From Paludibacteraceae bacterium (lineage in GTDB: Bacteria; Bacteroidota; Bacteroidia; Bacteroidales; Paludibacteraceae): 64,000 nucleotides of DNA. Location of the stretch: contig JAFSQV010000014.1 in the NCBI GenBank assembly GCA_017446455.1, forward strand, positions 4,688 through 68,687. The letters are read 5' to 3'. Both the position numbers and the translations under genes were made by a program. This document shows positions 16,869 to 25,348 of the stretch, piece after piece; the first letter of the stretch is position 1, and each line of letters starts with the position of its first letter. The notes under the pieces are model-generated. The model was not told the origin of the DNA. It saw nothing but the letters and a program-made list of their open reading frames with translations, and did no database searches.

Positions 16869-16918
16869 CACCAACAAAACGTAAACAACTGATTATCAAC
16901 CTTTAAAACAAAAAGACA

Positions 16919-17089
16919 ATGAAACGGTACAGAGCAGAGCTTTTCAGCAGGCCATTAGGATTATGGATCGAACACTGGCGATCATGTGAAACGCAAGAGG
17001 AAGCCCAAGAAGTATGCGACCTATATACAACTAACCAAGGATACATATACCCAAAGGCAAGAGTCGTAGAGATAGAGACGAAACAATAA
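16919..17089 (+). CDS. hypothetical small protein (56 aa)
   Basis: MKRYRAELFSRPLGLWIEHWRSCETQEEAQEVCDLYTTNQGYIYPKARVVEIETKQ. It is the first ORF after the promoter at 16861 and is below the track cutoff. Confidence 0.35.
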   Translation: MKRYRAELFSRPLGLWIEHWRSCETQEEAQEVCDLYTTNQGYIYPKARVVEIETKQ

Positions 17090-17137
17090 CTAACCAGGCA
17101 CGGGGCTTCGGCCCCTGCCACAAAACCCTTATAAAAC

Positions 17138-17536
17138 ATGGCATTCGAAGTATTTAACATCAACCCGAAAGGGCGCAAGACCGGGGACTGCGTGACGCGA
17201 GCTATCGCAAAGGCAGCCGGCATCACATGGCAAGAGGCGCTTCGCCTCCAGTATGAAACATCGCTCAAGACCGGATGGTCGCTAACCAGCACACAAACGA
17301 TTAACTTGGTGCTGAAGGGACTGGGCTTCGAGGAGCAGACGGTAAGGCCGCTGCCGGGCACAAAACGGCCGACGGTGGCGAAACTCGCTGAGCTCTACGA
17401 CCTCATGAGTGTTGAGAGTATCGTAGTCAAAGTATCCGGGCACCTCACATGCGCTGTCGCAGGAACCATATATGACCTTTGGGACTGCAGCGCGAAGCCG
17501 GCATACAAGTTTTGGATAAAATACGTGGAGGATTGA
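17138..17536 (+). CDS. hypothetical protein with a papain-like Cys/His/Asp arrangement
   Basis: GDCVTRAIA...SGHLTCAV...YDLWD. The order and spacing are compatible with a small cysteine peptidase fold, but this is unverified. Confidence 0.4.
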   Translation: MAFEVFNINPKGRKTGDCVTRAIAKAAGITWQEALRLQYETSLKTGWSLTSTQTINLVLKGLGFEEQTVRPLPGTKRPTVAKLAELYDLMSVESIVVKVSGHLTCAVAGTIYDLWDCSAKPAYKFWIKYVED

Positions 17537-17538
17537 AT

Positions 17539-18021
17539 ATGCAAGAAACCTCGAAAAAATATAAACTTATGAAGACAAAAACTATTCCGTTCGATGCTAA
17601 GATGGCAAAGGACATCCAAGATGGAAAGAATGATGGCAAAATCAAAACGAGAGATTCTAAAGATGTAGATGAGATAGTATTCTTCGGGACACCTTTAGAG
17701 TATAAAGTATATGCAGTAATTAACGGAAGACCACACTCATTTACAGAGAGAGGATTCGAGAGAAGTTGGGATAAAAGCGGCAAATGGCATGGCGACCTCG
17801 TTATCGAAGTGCCCGACAATGAGCCGCAGTTCAAACCGTTTGATAAGGTGCTGGTGCGAAATGAAGATACATCAGCTTGGACTTGTGCTATCTTCTCGCA
17901 TCATATAAATAACACAGTCAGTTTTCTGTATGCTGCAAACAGCTTCTTATGGAAGCAATGCATCCCATACGAAGGCAATGAGCACTTGGTAGGTACTACC
18001 GACAAACCAAAGGAGGACTGA
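17539..18021 (+). CDS. hypothetical protein (160 aa)
   Basis: ATG 17539 lies just after the upstream stop. AT-rich segment. Confidence 0.5.
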   Translation: MQETSKKYKLMKTKTIPFDAKMAKDIQDGKNDGKIKTRDSKDVDEIVFFGTPLEYKVYAVINGRPHSFTERGFERSWDKSGKWHGDLVIEVPDNEPQFKPFDKVLVRNEDTSAWTCAIFSHHINNTVSFLYAANSFLWKQCIPYEGNEHLVGTTDKPKED

Positions 18022-18023
18022 GT

Positions 18024-18362
18024 ATGACAATAAAAGAAAAAATAATCAACCGTCTTAACAAGGGTTTTAACGGTCATTACAATATACCGCATAATGCACA
18101 ATGGAAAACAAATCAAGCGCGAGGTATGTGGGTTCGTTCGCAAGGTGCTCATTCGTGGTATTTTAGCGATTTGAATTTATTTCCGCATGAGTTGGTCGGT
18201 AGTCAATACCCTGCGACAGAATGCCTTAAATGGAAAAGATGGTTGATTGATAAAAAAGAACGAGAGATATATCAATATATAGAAGGAGTAACAACTTATG
18301 ATAGCGAAACTTGTTTGCTCGAAAACATTGATTTAAAAAAATATAACAAACAGGAGGATTGA
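18024..18362 (+). CDS. hypothetical protein (112 aa)
   Basis: Tightly packed in the AT-rich ORFan block. Confidence 0.5.
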   Translation: MTIKEKIINRLNKGFNGHYNIPHNAQWKTNQARGMWVRSQGAHSWYFSDLNLFPHELVGSQYPATECLKWKRWLIDKKEREIYQYIEGVTTYDSETCLLENIDLKKYNKQED

Positions 18363-18364
18363 TT

Positions 18365-18565
18365 ATGACACAGTTTAATCAAGGATGGTGGAATTGCTTT
18401 ACATCGTTTGCAAACAATACGAGAATCGATTACAATTCTGTTTGTATGGAGGTTCTGCGTGGTGCAGGAATAAAAAGAAACGAGGCAGAGTATGCTATAA
18501 AAAAGCAATATGTATATGGAGAGGCGGTTGGTATTATCGAAGAATACTTAAAATTGGAGGAATGA
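18365..18565 (+). CDS. hypothetical protein (66 aa)
   Basis: ATG 18365 is preceded by AGGAGG. Confidence 0.45.
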   Translation: MTQFNQGWWNCFTSFANNTRIDYNSVCMEVLRGAGIKRNEAEYAIKKQYVYGEAVGIIEEYLKLEE

Positions 18566-18876
18566 GTATGATAGACGATCAAATCAAACCACTTGCGTAT
18601 AAAGTAGAACAACTCCGCAACCCGTGGATCAGCGTCGAGGAGAGGTTGCCTGAGAAAGCGAGAGGATTGTATGAGTTAGAAAAAGACGAGCAACACAAGA
18701 TGGTTCTATTTATGACTGCAAACGGCTGGCTATATATAGGATACTTGGACGCAGAGGAGATATGGCGTGCATTCACAGTCCCATTCAAGGGAGCATATCC
18801 AATAGATTCGCTCACATGGTCAAAGGTTACCCATTGGATGCCAATACCCGAATTGAAGGAAGGAGGTGAGCAATGA
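18562..18876 (+). CDS. DUF551-like phage protein
   Basis: WISVEERLPEK...VTHWMPIPE matches the DUF551 signature (W..v.e.lP ... thWmp.P). ATGA overlap with the upstream gene. Confidence 0.55.
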   Translation: MSMIDDQIKPLAYKVEQLRNPWISVEERLPEKARGLYELEKDEQHKMVLFMTANGWLYIGYLDAEEIWRAFTVPFKGAYPIDSLTWSKVTHWMPIPELKEGGEQ

Positions 18877-19040
18877 TGCTATCACAAACAATCATCCCTA
18901 TTTACTTACCAATGCCTTCTACTGATGGCATCCCGGCAGAAGAAGTAAACGTAGTCGTTCTTATAGGAGTAGGTATCATTTGCTTACTATTAGGCTTTTG
19001 TATAGGACTATTGCTGCACGATAAAATCTTCAAAATATGA
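18873..19040 (+). CDS. small membrane protein (55 aa)
   Basis: The segment ...VVVLIGVGIICLLLGFCIGLLLH... is a transmembrane segment. ATGA overlap. Below the track cutoff. Confidence 0.4.
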   Translation: MMLSQTIIPIYLPMPSTDGIPAEEVNVVVLIGVGIICLLLGFCIGLLLHDKIFKI

Positions 19041-19113
19041 TACTTCCCGTGCAAAAATTCATATTTTTATTAACTTTTTCGTAAAATTATTTGCAAGTTC
19101 GGAAATTTTGTAG

Positions 19114-19121
19114 TATCTTTG
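19114..19121 (+). promoter_or_regulatory. internal promoter -7 box (TATCTTTG)
   Basis: TGTAGTATCTTTGCAGCCG with ATTTGCAAG upstream. Confidence 0.5.
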
Positions 19122-19146
19122 CAGCCGAAAAAATATCTACGATAAT

Positions 19147-19359
19147 ATGGCTACACCTAATTCAAATGACAGGAAGGTAGAGCAGGAGCTAAACCAGGTG
19201 CTCAATTACGTCAAGAGCGCGAAGGCGCTCCTGAACAAGATTCTAAACAATCCGGATAACTACTCGAGCCGGTATCTGCAAACGCCAAGGCTCAAGAATG
19301 AAATCCACCAACTCGGTGTCAACCTTAGTGACGCTATTATCCACGCTTCAAATTTATAA
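19147..19359 (+). CDS. hypothetical 70-aa protein, paralog of 20846-21061
   Basis: MATPNSNDRKV... compared with MATPTTADRKV... They share the same length class and an all-helical composition. Confidence 0.5.
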   Translation: MATPNSNDRKVEQELNQVLNYVKSAKALLNKILNNPDNYSSRYLQTPRLKNEIHQLGVNLSDAIIHASNL

Positions 19360-19364
19360 TCGAT

Positions 19365-19577
19365 ATGGCAGTAAGTTTACGTATTACAGCAAGTAACCTC
19401 GAAGCACGAATACGAGGTGTTATGCAAGATGCTAAAGAAGCACAAATCCAGGCGCGAGGCCTTGGAGAAGGCTATGTAGGCGTTGAGGAAGTAAAAATGG
19501 CCACAAAGATATACCTTGAGGCAGCCCAAAAGGCGATCGATTATCTTCACAAGGCCGACAGACAATGGAAACGATAA
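19365..19577 (+). CDS. hypothetical 70-aa protein
   Basis: Compact ORF between the paralog and the methyltransferase. Confidence 0.45.
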   Translation: MAVSLRITASNLEARIRGVMQDAKEAQIQARGLGEGYVGVEEVKMATKIYLEAAQKAIDYLHKADRQWKR

Positions 19578-19619
19578 ATTCCGACTAACAATGCCAATCC
19601 CAACGACCATACTACCGAG

Positions 19620-20843
19620 ATGAATATCGTCAGAACAGAAACAGAGATTATAAAGGTTGCATTACTGCATCCGAATGAAGGGCAGATACCAGATGTACCT
19701 GCCAATCCTCGTTTTATCACTGAGGATGAGTACAAAGCGCTGGTGGATAGTTTGCGAGCAGATAACCTCACAGGAGTACTGCAAGTCAAGGTGTACCAGC
19801 ACAACAATCAATGGATTGTTCTTGATGGTAACATGCGCCTCAAGGCTCTGCAGGAATTGCAGATTGACGAGGTGCAATGTCTTATTGTACCGGAAGGAAC
19901 GGATGCACGCACACTTCGTAAGATTGTCCTCGATTCGAACTCCAACTTCGGCCAATGGGACTGGGACATGCTCTCGGATCAATGGGACATGGACGAGTTG
20001 GATGCTGCCGGCATCGACATTCCCGATCTGGGCGGAGCCAAACCGACGAACACCGAGGCGGAGGATGTGGAAGAGGACGATTTCGACGAGACAACGAACG
20101 AGATCAAGACGCGCTGCCAGGCTGGCGATATCTGGCAACTGGGCGAACATAAACTGCTCTGCGGGGACAGCACAAAGGAAGCGGACATCGCGCGCCTCAT
20201 GGGCAACGAAAAGGCTGACCTTTGGATAACCGATCCTCCGTACAACGTCAACTACGAGGGCGGCACAGACGAGAAGCTCAAGATCGCCAACGACAACATG
20301 AACTCCGGCGACTTCTTTGAGTTCCTCAAGGCTGCATTCACAACGGCCGTCAAAGTGCTCAAGGAAGGGTGCTCGTTCTATATGTGGTACGCAAGCCGCG
20401 AGCATGTGAACTTCGAAACGGCACTCAACGCAGCCGGGCTGACCGTCCGGGAGCAGTTGATCTGGAATAAGAGCAGCCTGGTCCTCGGCCGGTTCGATTA
20501 CCACTTCAAGCACGAGCCGTGTTTGTACGGATGGAAGGATGGCGCGAGCCACAACTGGTACAACGATCGCAGCCAGACGACCGTCATGGATTTCGAGAAA
20601 CCGCGCAAGAACGACCTGCACCCGACGATGAAGCCGGTGCCGCTCTTCGCGTATCAAATAGCCAACTCCAGCAAGAAAGGCGACATCGTGCTGGACACTT
20701 TCGGAGGTTCCGGAACGACCATCATCGCTTGTGAGAACCTCGGTCGCAAAGCCCGCAGCGTGGAACTGGACCCGCACTACTGCGACGTGATCCTCGCGCG
20801 CTGGGAGAAACTAACCGGAAAAGAAGCAATCAAAATTCAATAA
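19620..20843 (+). CDS. ParB-like nuclease domain fused to an N6A/N4C DNA methyltransferase
   Basis: N-terminal ParB-N pattern (LHPNEGQ..., VLDGNMRLKAL), an acidic linker, then FGxG/SAM motifs: ITDPPYN (motif IV) and LDTFGGSGTT (motif I). Confidence 0.8.
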   Translation: MNIVRTETEIIKVALLHPNEGQIPDVPANPRFITEDEYKALVDSLRADNLTGVLQVKVYQHNNQWIVLDGNMRLKALQELQIDEVQCLIVPEGTDARTLRKIVLDSNSNFGQWDWDMLSDQWDMDELDAAGIDIPDLGGAKPTNTEAEDVEEDDFDETTNEIKTRCQAGDIWQLGEHKLLCGDSTKEADIARLMGNEKADLWITDPPYNVNYEGGTDEKLKIANDNMNSGDFFEFLKAAFTTAVKVLKEGCSFYMWYASREHVNFETALNAAGLTVREQLIWNKSSLVLGRFDYHFKHEPCLYGWKDGASHNWYNDRSQTTVMDFEKPRKNDLHPTMKPVPLFAYQIANSSKKGDIVLDTFGGSGTTIIACENLGRKARSVELDPHYCDVILARWEKLTGKEAIKIQ

Positions 20844-20845
20844 TT

Positions 20846-21061
20846 ATGGCAACACCAACAACCGCAGACAGAAAGGTCGCAAGCGGGTATCACCAAGTAA
20901 TCCGCTCGATATCTAAGACACAAGGAGAAGTCAACGAGTTCAAGTATAACGTTAGCAATTCGCAGGCGTATGCTGACCTCCAGAGCGACGTGCGCAAGGC
21001 TGCTGATTTAATAAAAGAGGCAGGTCTACTACTCGCTAAACATCAAAACGAATTTATGTAA
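20846..21061 (+). CDS. hypothetical 71-aa protein, paralog of 19147-19359
   Basis: Shares the N-terminus MATPxxxDRKV and lies immediately upstream of the MetK-like gene. Confidence 0.5.
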   Translation: MATPTTADRKVASGYHQVIRSISKTQGEVNEFKYNVSNSQAYADLQSDVRKAADLIKEAGLLLAKHQNEFM

Positions 21062-21063
21062 CT

Positions 21064-21861
21064 ATGTTTGAAAAAGTGAATCCGAGCCATCCGGATAAGG
21101 TGGCGGACCGTATAGCAGGTGCGATAGTGGACCTCTGCTATAAAAAGAACGACTGCCCGAAGGTGGCTGTTGAGGTGCTCCTGGGCCACGGCCTTTGTAC
21201 CGTGATTGCCGAGACGGGCGAAGTGATAACCGAGCAGGAGGTGTGCGACATCGTTCATCGCATCGCCGGCGCACAGGAAGTGAAGTTCATCTGCGTGAAG
21301 CAAGACATCCACTTGGCGCAGAACCAGCGCAAGAACCCTCGCTGTGGTGACAACGGCATCTTTAAAGGCTCGCCGGTCAGCGCAGAGCAAGCAGAGCTCT
21401 CCAACCTCGCGCACCAACTCTACCAGAAATACCCTACTGACGGCAAGTTCATCGTGAACGGCGGCCGTCTCACCATCTGCCAATCGCAAGCCAAGAACCG
21501 CGACATTCGCAAGTTCTTTGAGGAGAAAGGTCACAAGGAGTTGACCATCAACCCTCTGGGCGAGTGGGAAGGAGGCCCGAATGTGGACAGCGGAGCGACA
21601 AACCGCAAGCTCGGAAGCGATATGGGCGATGGTGTGACCGGTGGTGGTCTGCACGGCAAGGACCTCTCGAAAGCGGATGTGTCCGTTAATATCTTCTGTC
21701 ATATCATGGCGCAAAAGACCAACCGGGACTACAGAGCCGTGTGTGCCATCGGCGACGAATACGTGAACGGCATACCTTTCGCGCAGATCGTGGGTCTGGC
21801 AAAGAACTACATCGACCAGGTTGGCGGATTTGAGAAGTTCGCTGAGTGGGGATTGATCTAA
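21064..21861 (+). CDS. compact S-adenosylmethionine synthetase (MetK)-like protein, 265 aa
   Basis: Collinear MetK motifs are present. SHPDKVADRIAGAIVD corresponds to GHPDKIADQISDAVLD, CGDNGIFKG to GAGDQGLMFGYA, INPLGEWEGGPNVDSGATNRK to [22 protein letters not shown], and GGGLHGKDLSKADVS to GGGAFSGKDPSKVDRS. The protein is ~120 aa shorter than bacterial MetK. Confidence 0.7.
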   Translation: MFEKVNPSHPDKVADRIAGAIVDLCYKKNDCPKVAVEVLLGHGLCTVIAETGEVITEQEVCDIVHRIAGAQEVKFICVKQDIHLAQNQRKNPRCGDNGIFKGSPVSAEQAELSNLAHQLYQKYPTDGKFIVNGGRLTICQSQAKNRDIRKFFEEKGHKELTINPLGEWEGGPNVDSGATNRKLGSDMGDGVTGGGLHGKDLSKADVSVNIFCHIMAQKTNRDYRAVCAIGDEYVNGIPFAQIVGLAKNYIDQVGGFEKFAEWGLI

Positions 21862-21868
21862 AACATCA

Positions 21869-21957
21869 GTGGTTAGAAAGGGCGTCTGGAAGGCGCGTCG
21901 AGGGTTAGTCACAACCTTAAGGTCGCCGTCCGTGGTTCGATTCCACGGCTAACCACT
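21869..21957 (+). ncRNA. tRNA-like element 1 (non-canonical; class II/Sec-like features)
   Basis: 8-9 bp acceptor-like helix GTGGTTAG/CTAACCAC and a perfect T-arm CCGTGG-TTCGATT-CCACGG. The D-like hairpin is GCGTC-TGGAA-GGCGC. There is a 6-bp helix AGGGTT/AACCTT closing AGTCAC (TCA centred) and a 12-nt extra arm. It does not fold as a standard 7-nt anticodon loop. Confidence 0.45.
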
Positions 21958-21961
21958 TACA

Positions 21962-22035
21962 TCGCAGGATGGAGCAACTGGATAGACTCACGAGTATTGT
22001 ACCCGGCATGTGTAGGTTCGAATCCTACTCCGCAA
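21962..22035 (+). ncRNA. tRNA-like element 2 (degenerate; possible pseudo-tRNA)
   Basis: Good D-arm (GAGC-AACTGGATAG-ACTC) and T-arm (GTAGG-TTCGAAT-CCTAC). The loop-like ATTGTAC would give anticodon TGT, but the flanking stem does not pair and the acceptor helix needs a bulge. Confidence 0.35.
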
Positions 22036-22052
22036 CTAACATCTAAACAACT

Positions 22053-22556
22053 ATGGCACAGGAGCTTTGGCAGATAGCTAAACCATTCGGCAGACCGAGG
22101 AAATTCAAAACGCCCAAGGAACTATGGGACGCTTTCATCGCGTATGTCGAGTGGGCTGAAAACAACCCGATAACGGTTGGAAACGAGCGTCGCCAAAAGC
22201 AATCAGCCAAAAGAGGAGAGGAAAAAGCGCAGAGAAAGGAAACGGCTCCGCGCCCCTACTCTCTTGTGGCATTCCGTATACATGCCGGCATCAAACGCGA
22301 CTGGGCAACATTCGCGGCGACTTACTCCAAGAGAAGCCATGACTTTTGTGGAGTCATACAAGCCATCGAAGAGAGTGTCCGCCAGCAGATGGTCGAGCAG
22401 GCTATGGTTGGCAACTACAAAGAGAACCTCGTAGCACGCATCAACGGCATCTCCGACAGCATCAAGCAGGAGGTGAAAGCCGATGTTCAAGCCCGGACAT
22501 CGTTGAGCGTGGGCGAGGCACAAGCGTTCCTTGAGGAATTGGAAAAGACGATCTAA
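22053..22556 (+). CDS. terS: terminase small subunit (putative)
   Basis: PFGRPRKFKTPKELWDAFIAYVEWAENNP is a typical TerS N-terminal HTH. It lies directly upstream of and overlaps TerL. Confidence 0.6.
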   Translation: MAQELWQIAKPFGRPRKFKTPKELWDAFIAYVEWAENNPITVGNERRQKQSAKRGEEKAQRKETAPRPYSLVAFRIHAGIKRDWATFAATYSKRSHDFCGVIQAIEESVRQQMVEQAMVGNYKENLVARINGISDSIKQEVKADVQARTSLSVGEAQAFLEELEKTI

Positions 22557-24013
22557 TGACGAAGCAAGAGGTAATAGCAGCCAAGTGTGTCGCGGACACC
22601 CTGTGGGCGACGCGATACTTCTTCTACGCAGAGAACGGCCGCAAGTTCAATGTGGGCGAACACCACAAGCGTATTGCAGAGAAGCTCGACCGCGTGTTTC
22701 GTGGCGAATGCACAAGGCTTATCATCAACTGCCCGCCGCGTTACTCCAAGACGGAGATGCTAAAGGCGTTTGTGAAGAAGGGTCTGGCAATCAACCCAGC
22801 ATCGAAATACATCATGCTGTCGTATTCGGCTAACCTTGCGCTGGACAACTCCGAACGTATCAAGGATGCCGTGGCGAGCGATTGGTACCGGGATTTGTTT
22901 CCTTGGGTGCAGATTAAAAAAGACAGCCACAGCAAGCAGAAATGGTACACGACGCAGGGCGGTGGCATCTACGCGACATCCTCGGACGGCCAGGTGACCG
23001 GTTTCGGAGCCGGTTTGGTCAAGGAAGAGGGCGCAGAGGACTTTGACATTGAGAGCAACGCAGGTGCCTGGGGTGGTGCCATCATCATCGATGACCCGCT
23101 CAAACCGCTGGACGCAAGTAGTCCTGTCAAACGGCAAAAGGTCAACGACCAGTTCGAGAATACCATCCGGAGCCGTGTGAACGACCGGAGCACGCCGATC
23201 ATCATCATCATGCAGCGTCTTCACAAGCAGGACCTCTGCGGCTACCTGCTGGACCTGGAGCCGGATGAGTGGGAGGTGCTTTCGCTACCGGCGCTAAGCG
23301 TGGACGAGAATGGCAACGAGGTGGCTCTTTATCCGTTCAAGCACACGGTGGAGGAGCTGCACAAGATACGCGCTGCAAACCGGTTCACGTTCGAGACGCA
23401 GTACCAGCAGAACCCGAAAGCCATCAACGAGAAGCTGTGGCTGTTTGCTTTTGACAGAGACAAGCACACCGGGCATGTGGAGTATGATCCGAGCCAGCCG
23501 CTGGTGATGAGCTGGGACTTCAACCGCAACCCGATGACATGCACGCTGTTTCAGCATATCGGGCACCAGGTACGCGGCATCGAGTGCTTCCGCATCGAGA
23601 ACGCCACCACGCGTATGGTATGCCAGGAGATACACAAGAAATACCCGAATGCGTTCTGGTTGGTCACCGGCGATGTGGCAGGTAAGAACTCCACGACGCT
23701 CTCGCTGCTCAATAACTACGACGTGGTCAAGGCCTACTTCGATTTGAGCCGGAGCCAAATGCAGTACTCAGGGACCAACCCAAGGCTCGCCGACAGCCGT
23801 TACTTCATGAACTCGCTGTTTGAGCAATACGACATCGTCTTTGACAAAGAAAAATGCAAGCCGGCCATCTTCGACTTTGAGAACGTGATGTCCGACGAAG
23901 AGAATAAACCCGTGAAGACCTCCCGCGATAACGTAGCGCAGCAGGCGGACTTCCTTGATAACGTGCGCTACTATTTCCATCGGTTCTACAAGGAACTGAT
24001 ACCAAATTACTAA
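22556..24013 (+). CDS. terL: terminase large subunit
   Basis: Walker A-like INCPPRYSKTE and Walker B AIIIDDPLKP. The C-terminal nuclease half shows a D-rich pattern. 485 aa. Confidence 0.8.
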   Translation: MTKQEVIAAKCVADTLWATRYFFYAENGRKFNVGEHHKRIAEKLDRVFRGECTRLIINCPPRYSKTEMLKAFVKKGLAINPASKYIMLSYSANLALDNSERIKDAVASDWYRDLFPWVQIKKDSHSKQKWYTTQGGGIYATSSDGQVTGFGAGLVKEEGAEDFDIESNAGAWGGAIIIDDPLKPLDASSPVKRQKVNDQFENTIRSRVNDRSTPIIIIMQRLHKQDLCGYLLDLEPDEWEVLSLPALSVDENGNEVALYPFKHTVEELHKIRAANRFTFETQYQQNPKAINEKLWLFAFDRDKHTGHVEYDPSQPLVMSWDFNRNPMTCTLFQHIGHQVRGIECFRIENATTRMVCQEIHKKYPNAFWLVTGDVAGKNSTTLSLLNNYDVVKAYFDLSRSQMQYSGTNPRLADSRYFMNSLFEQYDIVFDKEKCKPAIFDFENVMSDEENKPVKTSRDNVAQQADFLDNVRYYFHRFYKELIPNY

Positions 24014-24014
24014 C

Positions 24015-24308
24015 ATGCTAACACGCATCATCATATTGAGCCTTATCATCACAGCCGTCCACGTGACCACGTGGGATGGCATGATTTTCCATCGTCCTGC
24101 AGAGTGGATCGGTGAGTGGCTGGACCGCTGGCACCTGGGCGTGATGCGCAAACCTTTATGGGAGTGCAACATCTGCATGGGCGGCATCTGGACGCTCTTT
24201 CTCGACCCGGTCCTCTTCGGCTGGTCGTGGTGGGTGCTCGTGGATATGCTGTGCGTGATCGGGCTGAACACTTTAATCGCGGCTCTTATCAGTCGCATAA
24301 ACGAATAA
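24015..24308 (+). CDS. hypothetical membrane protein (97 aa)
   Basis: Three hydrophobic segments: IIILSLIITAV, GGIWTLFLDPVLFGWSWWVLV and VIGLNTLIAAL. Confidence 0.5.
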   Translation: MLTRIIILSLIITAVHVTTWDGMIFHRPAEWIGEWLDRWHLGVMRKPLWECNICMGGIWTLFLDPVLFGWSWWVLVDMLCVIGLNTLIAALISRINE

Positions 24309-24312
24309 AAAT

Positions 24313-24549
24313 ATGACAGATTCACAAAGAAACAACGCAACGAGGATACTGCGTTCCTATGGCATTGACCGTTTAACTCTTAACAATCATGCCGGTGCAA
24401 CCTATAGCATCGAGAATGACGGTATAGAGGTGAGAAAGATATCCAAGACCGACTACGAGAAGATAAGAGGCGATTTCGGCCGTTATGGTCTTAAAGTAAT
24501 GGTAAGCAGTGCTGACGGATATGGTCGTCTAATTTTGAAAATTCAATGA
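24313..24549 (+). CDS. hypothetical protein (78 aa)
   Basis: Packed ORF whose stop overlaps the next start. Confidence 0.5.
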   Translation: MTDSQRNNATRILRSYGIDRLTLNNHAGATYSIENDGIEVRKISKTDYEKIRGDFGRYGLKVMVSSADGYGRLILKIQ

Positions 24550-24767
24550 CACATCAAGCAGAGGCATTGGGATTTCGTTTTTCGCGCTACGGCTGTCCTT
24601 GTAACGGCAAGCCGGCCATTTATACCATTGACCACGATGGAGCGCAGCAGACCTTGACCATTTGGCCAATGCGGGACGCGTGGCAGTTGACATCCAAAGG
24701 CCTGCGGCTCGCCGGAGGCAACAAAGAGAACATGACAAATAAAATCAAAGAGATATGGGCCTTATAA
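24546..24767 (+). CDS. hypothetical protein (73 aa)
   Basis: ATGA overlap with the upstream ORF. Confidence 0.5.
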   Translation: MTHQAEALGFRFSRYGCPCNGKPAIYTIDHDGAQQTLTIWPMRDAWQLTSKGLRLAGGNKENMTNKIKEIWAL

Positions 24768-25348
24768 AAGAACTGGCAGAGGTGTGGCGCATCCAATGGG
24801 ATAAAAAGCGCGAACAGAAAAACAAGTACCGCATCGAGTACGCGTTTACGTGCGGCGGCACCAAGTACTACCGCTTTGCCGATATCACAAACCTGCCGTA
24901 TGAGCGCGGGCTGATGGCACTGGTGGCTTACAACGAGGTGGAGATGCGCTGCTCGCGTGAGTTCCTCATCAAGTACCAGGGAGCCGTGGACAAACTGCTC
25001 CACGACCAGAAGATTGACATCTTCAAAATCCAGCAGCTGAACGAGATACTGAAACAGCGTCTGCAACTGCCGACGGATGTGGACTTGCTCTACAAGCTCG
25101 CCAGCATCTGTTTCTTTGACAAGAGTGAGAACCCGGCTGTTTACGAACCAGCCTATGCCGAAAAGAAAATAGCCAAATGGCGGAAAGATAAAGGGGTGCA
25201 CGATTTTTTTATGCAGACGCCTTTGTTGGAATTAATGCCATTCTTAGGGAGTGTCGATACCGATTTAGACACCTTTTCGGCTCTCCAAGCGGAGATAGAC
25301 GCGATCCACTCGCAAGCTCTCCGATTAGCGTCCTCGGCGAAAAAATAG
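24755..25348 (+). CDS. tail assembly chaperone (gpG-like), zero-frame product
   Basis: It lies immediately upstream of the tape measure gene and ends in GCG AAA AAA TAG with an open -1 frame downstream. Confidence 0.55.
   Translation: MGLIKELAEVWRIQWDKKREQKNKYRIEYAFTCGGTKYYRFADITNLPYERGLMALVAYNEVEMRCSREFLIKYQGAVDKLLHDQKIDIFKIQQLNEILKQRLQLPTDVDLLYKLASICFFDKSENPAVYEPAYAEKKIAKWRKDKGVHDFFMQTPLLELMPFLGSVDTDLDTFSALQAEIDAIHSQALRLASSAKK

Noticed and set aside
19662-20777. 371-aa minus-strand ORF
   Set aside because: It is antisense to the ParB-methyltransferase, which carries the DPPY and FGGSGTT motifs.
21043-21912. 289-aa minus-strand ORF
   Set aside because: It is antisense to the MetK-like gene, whose collinear MetK motifs fix the coding strand. 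It would also run into the tRNA-like element.
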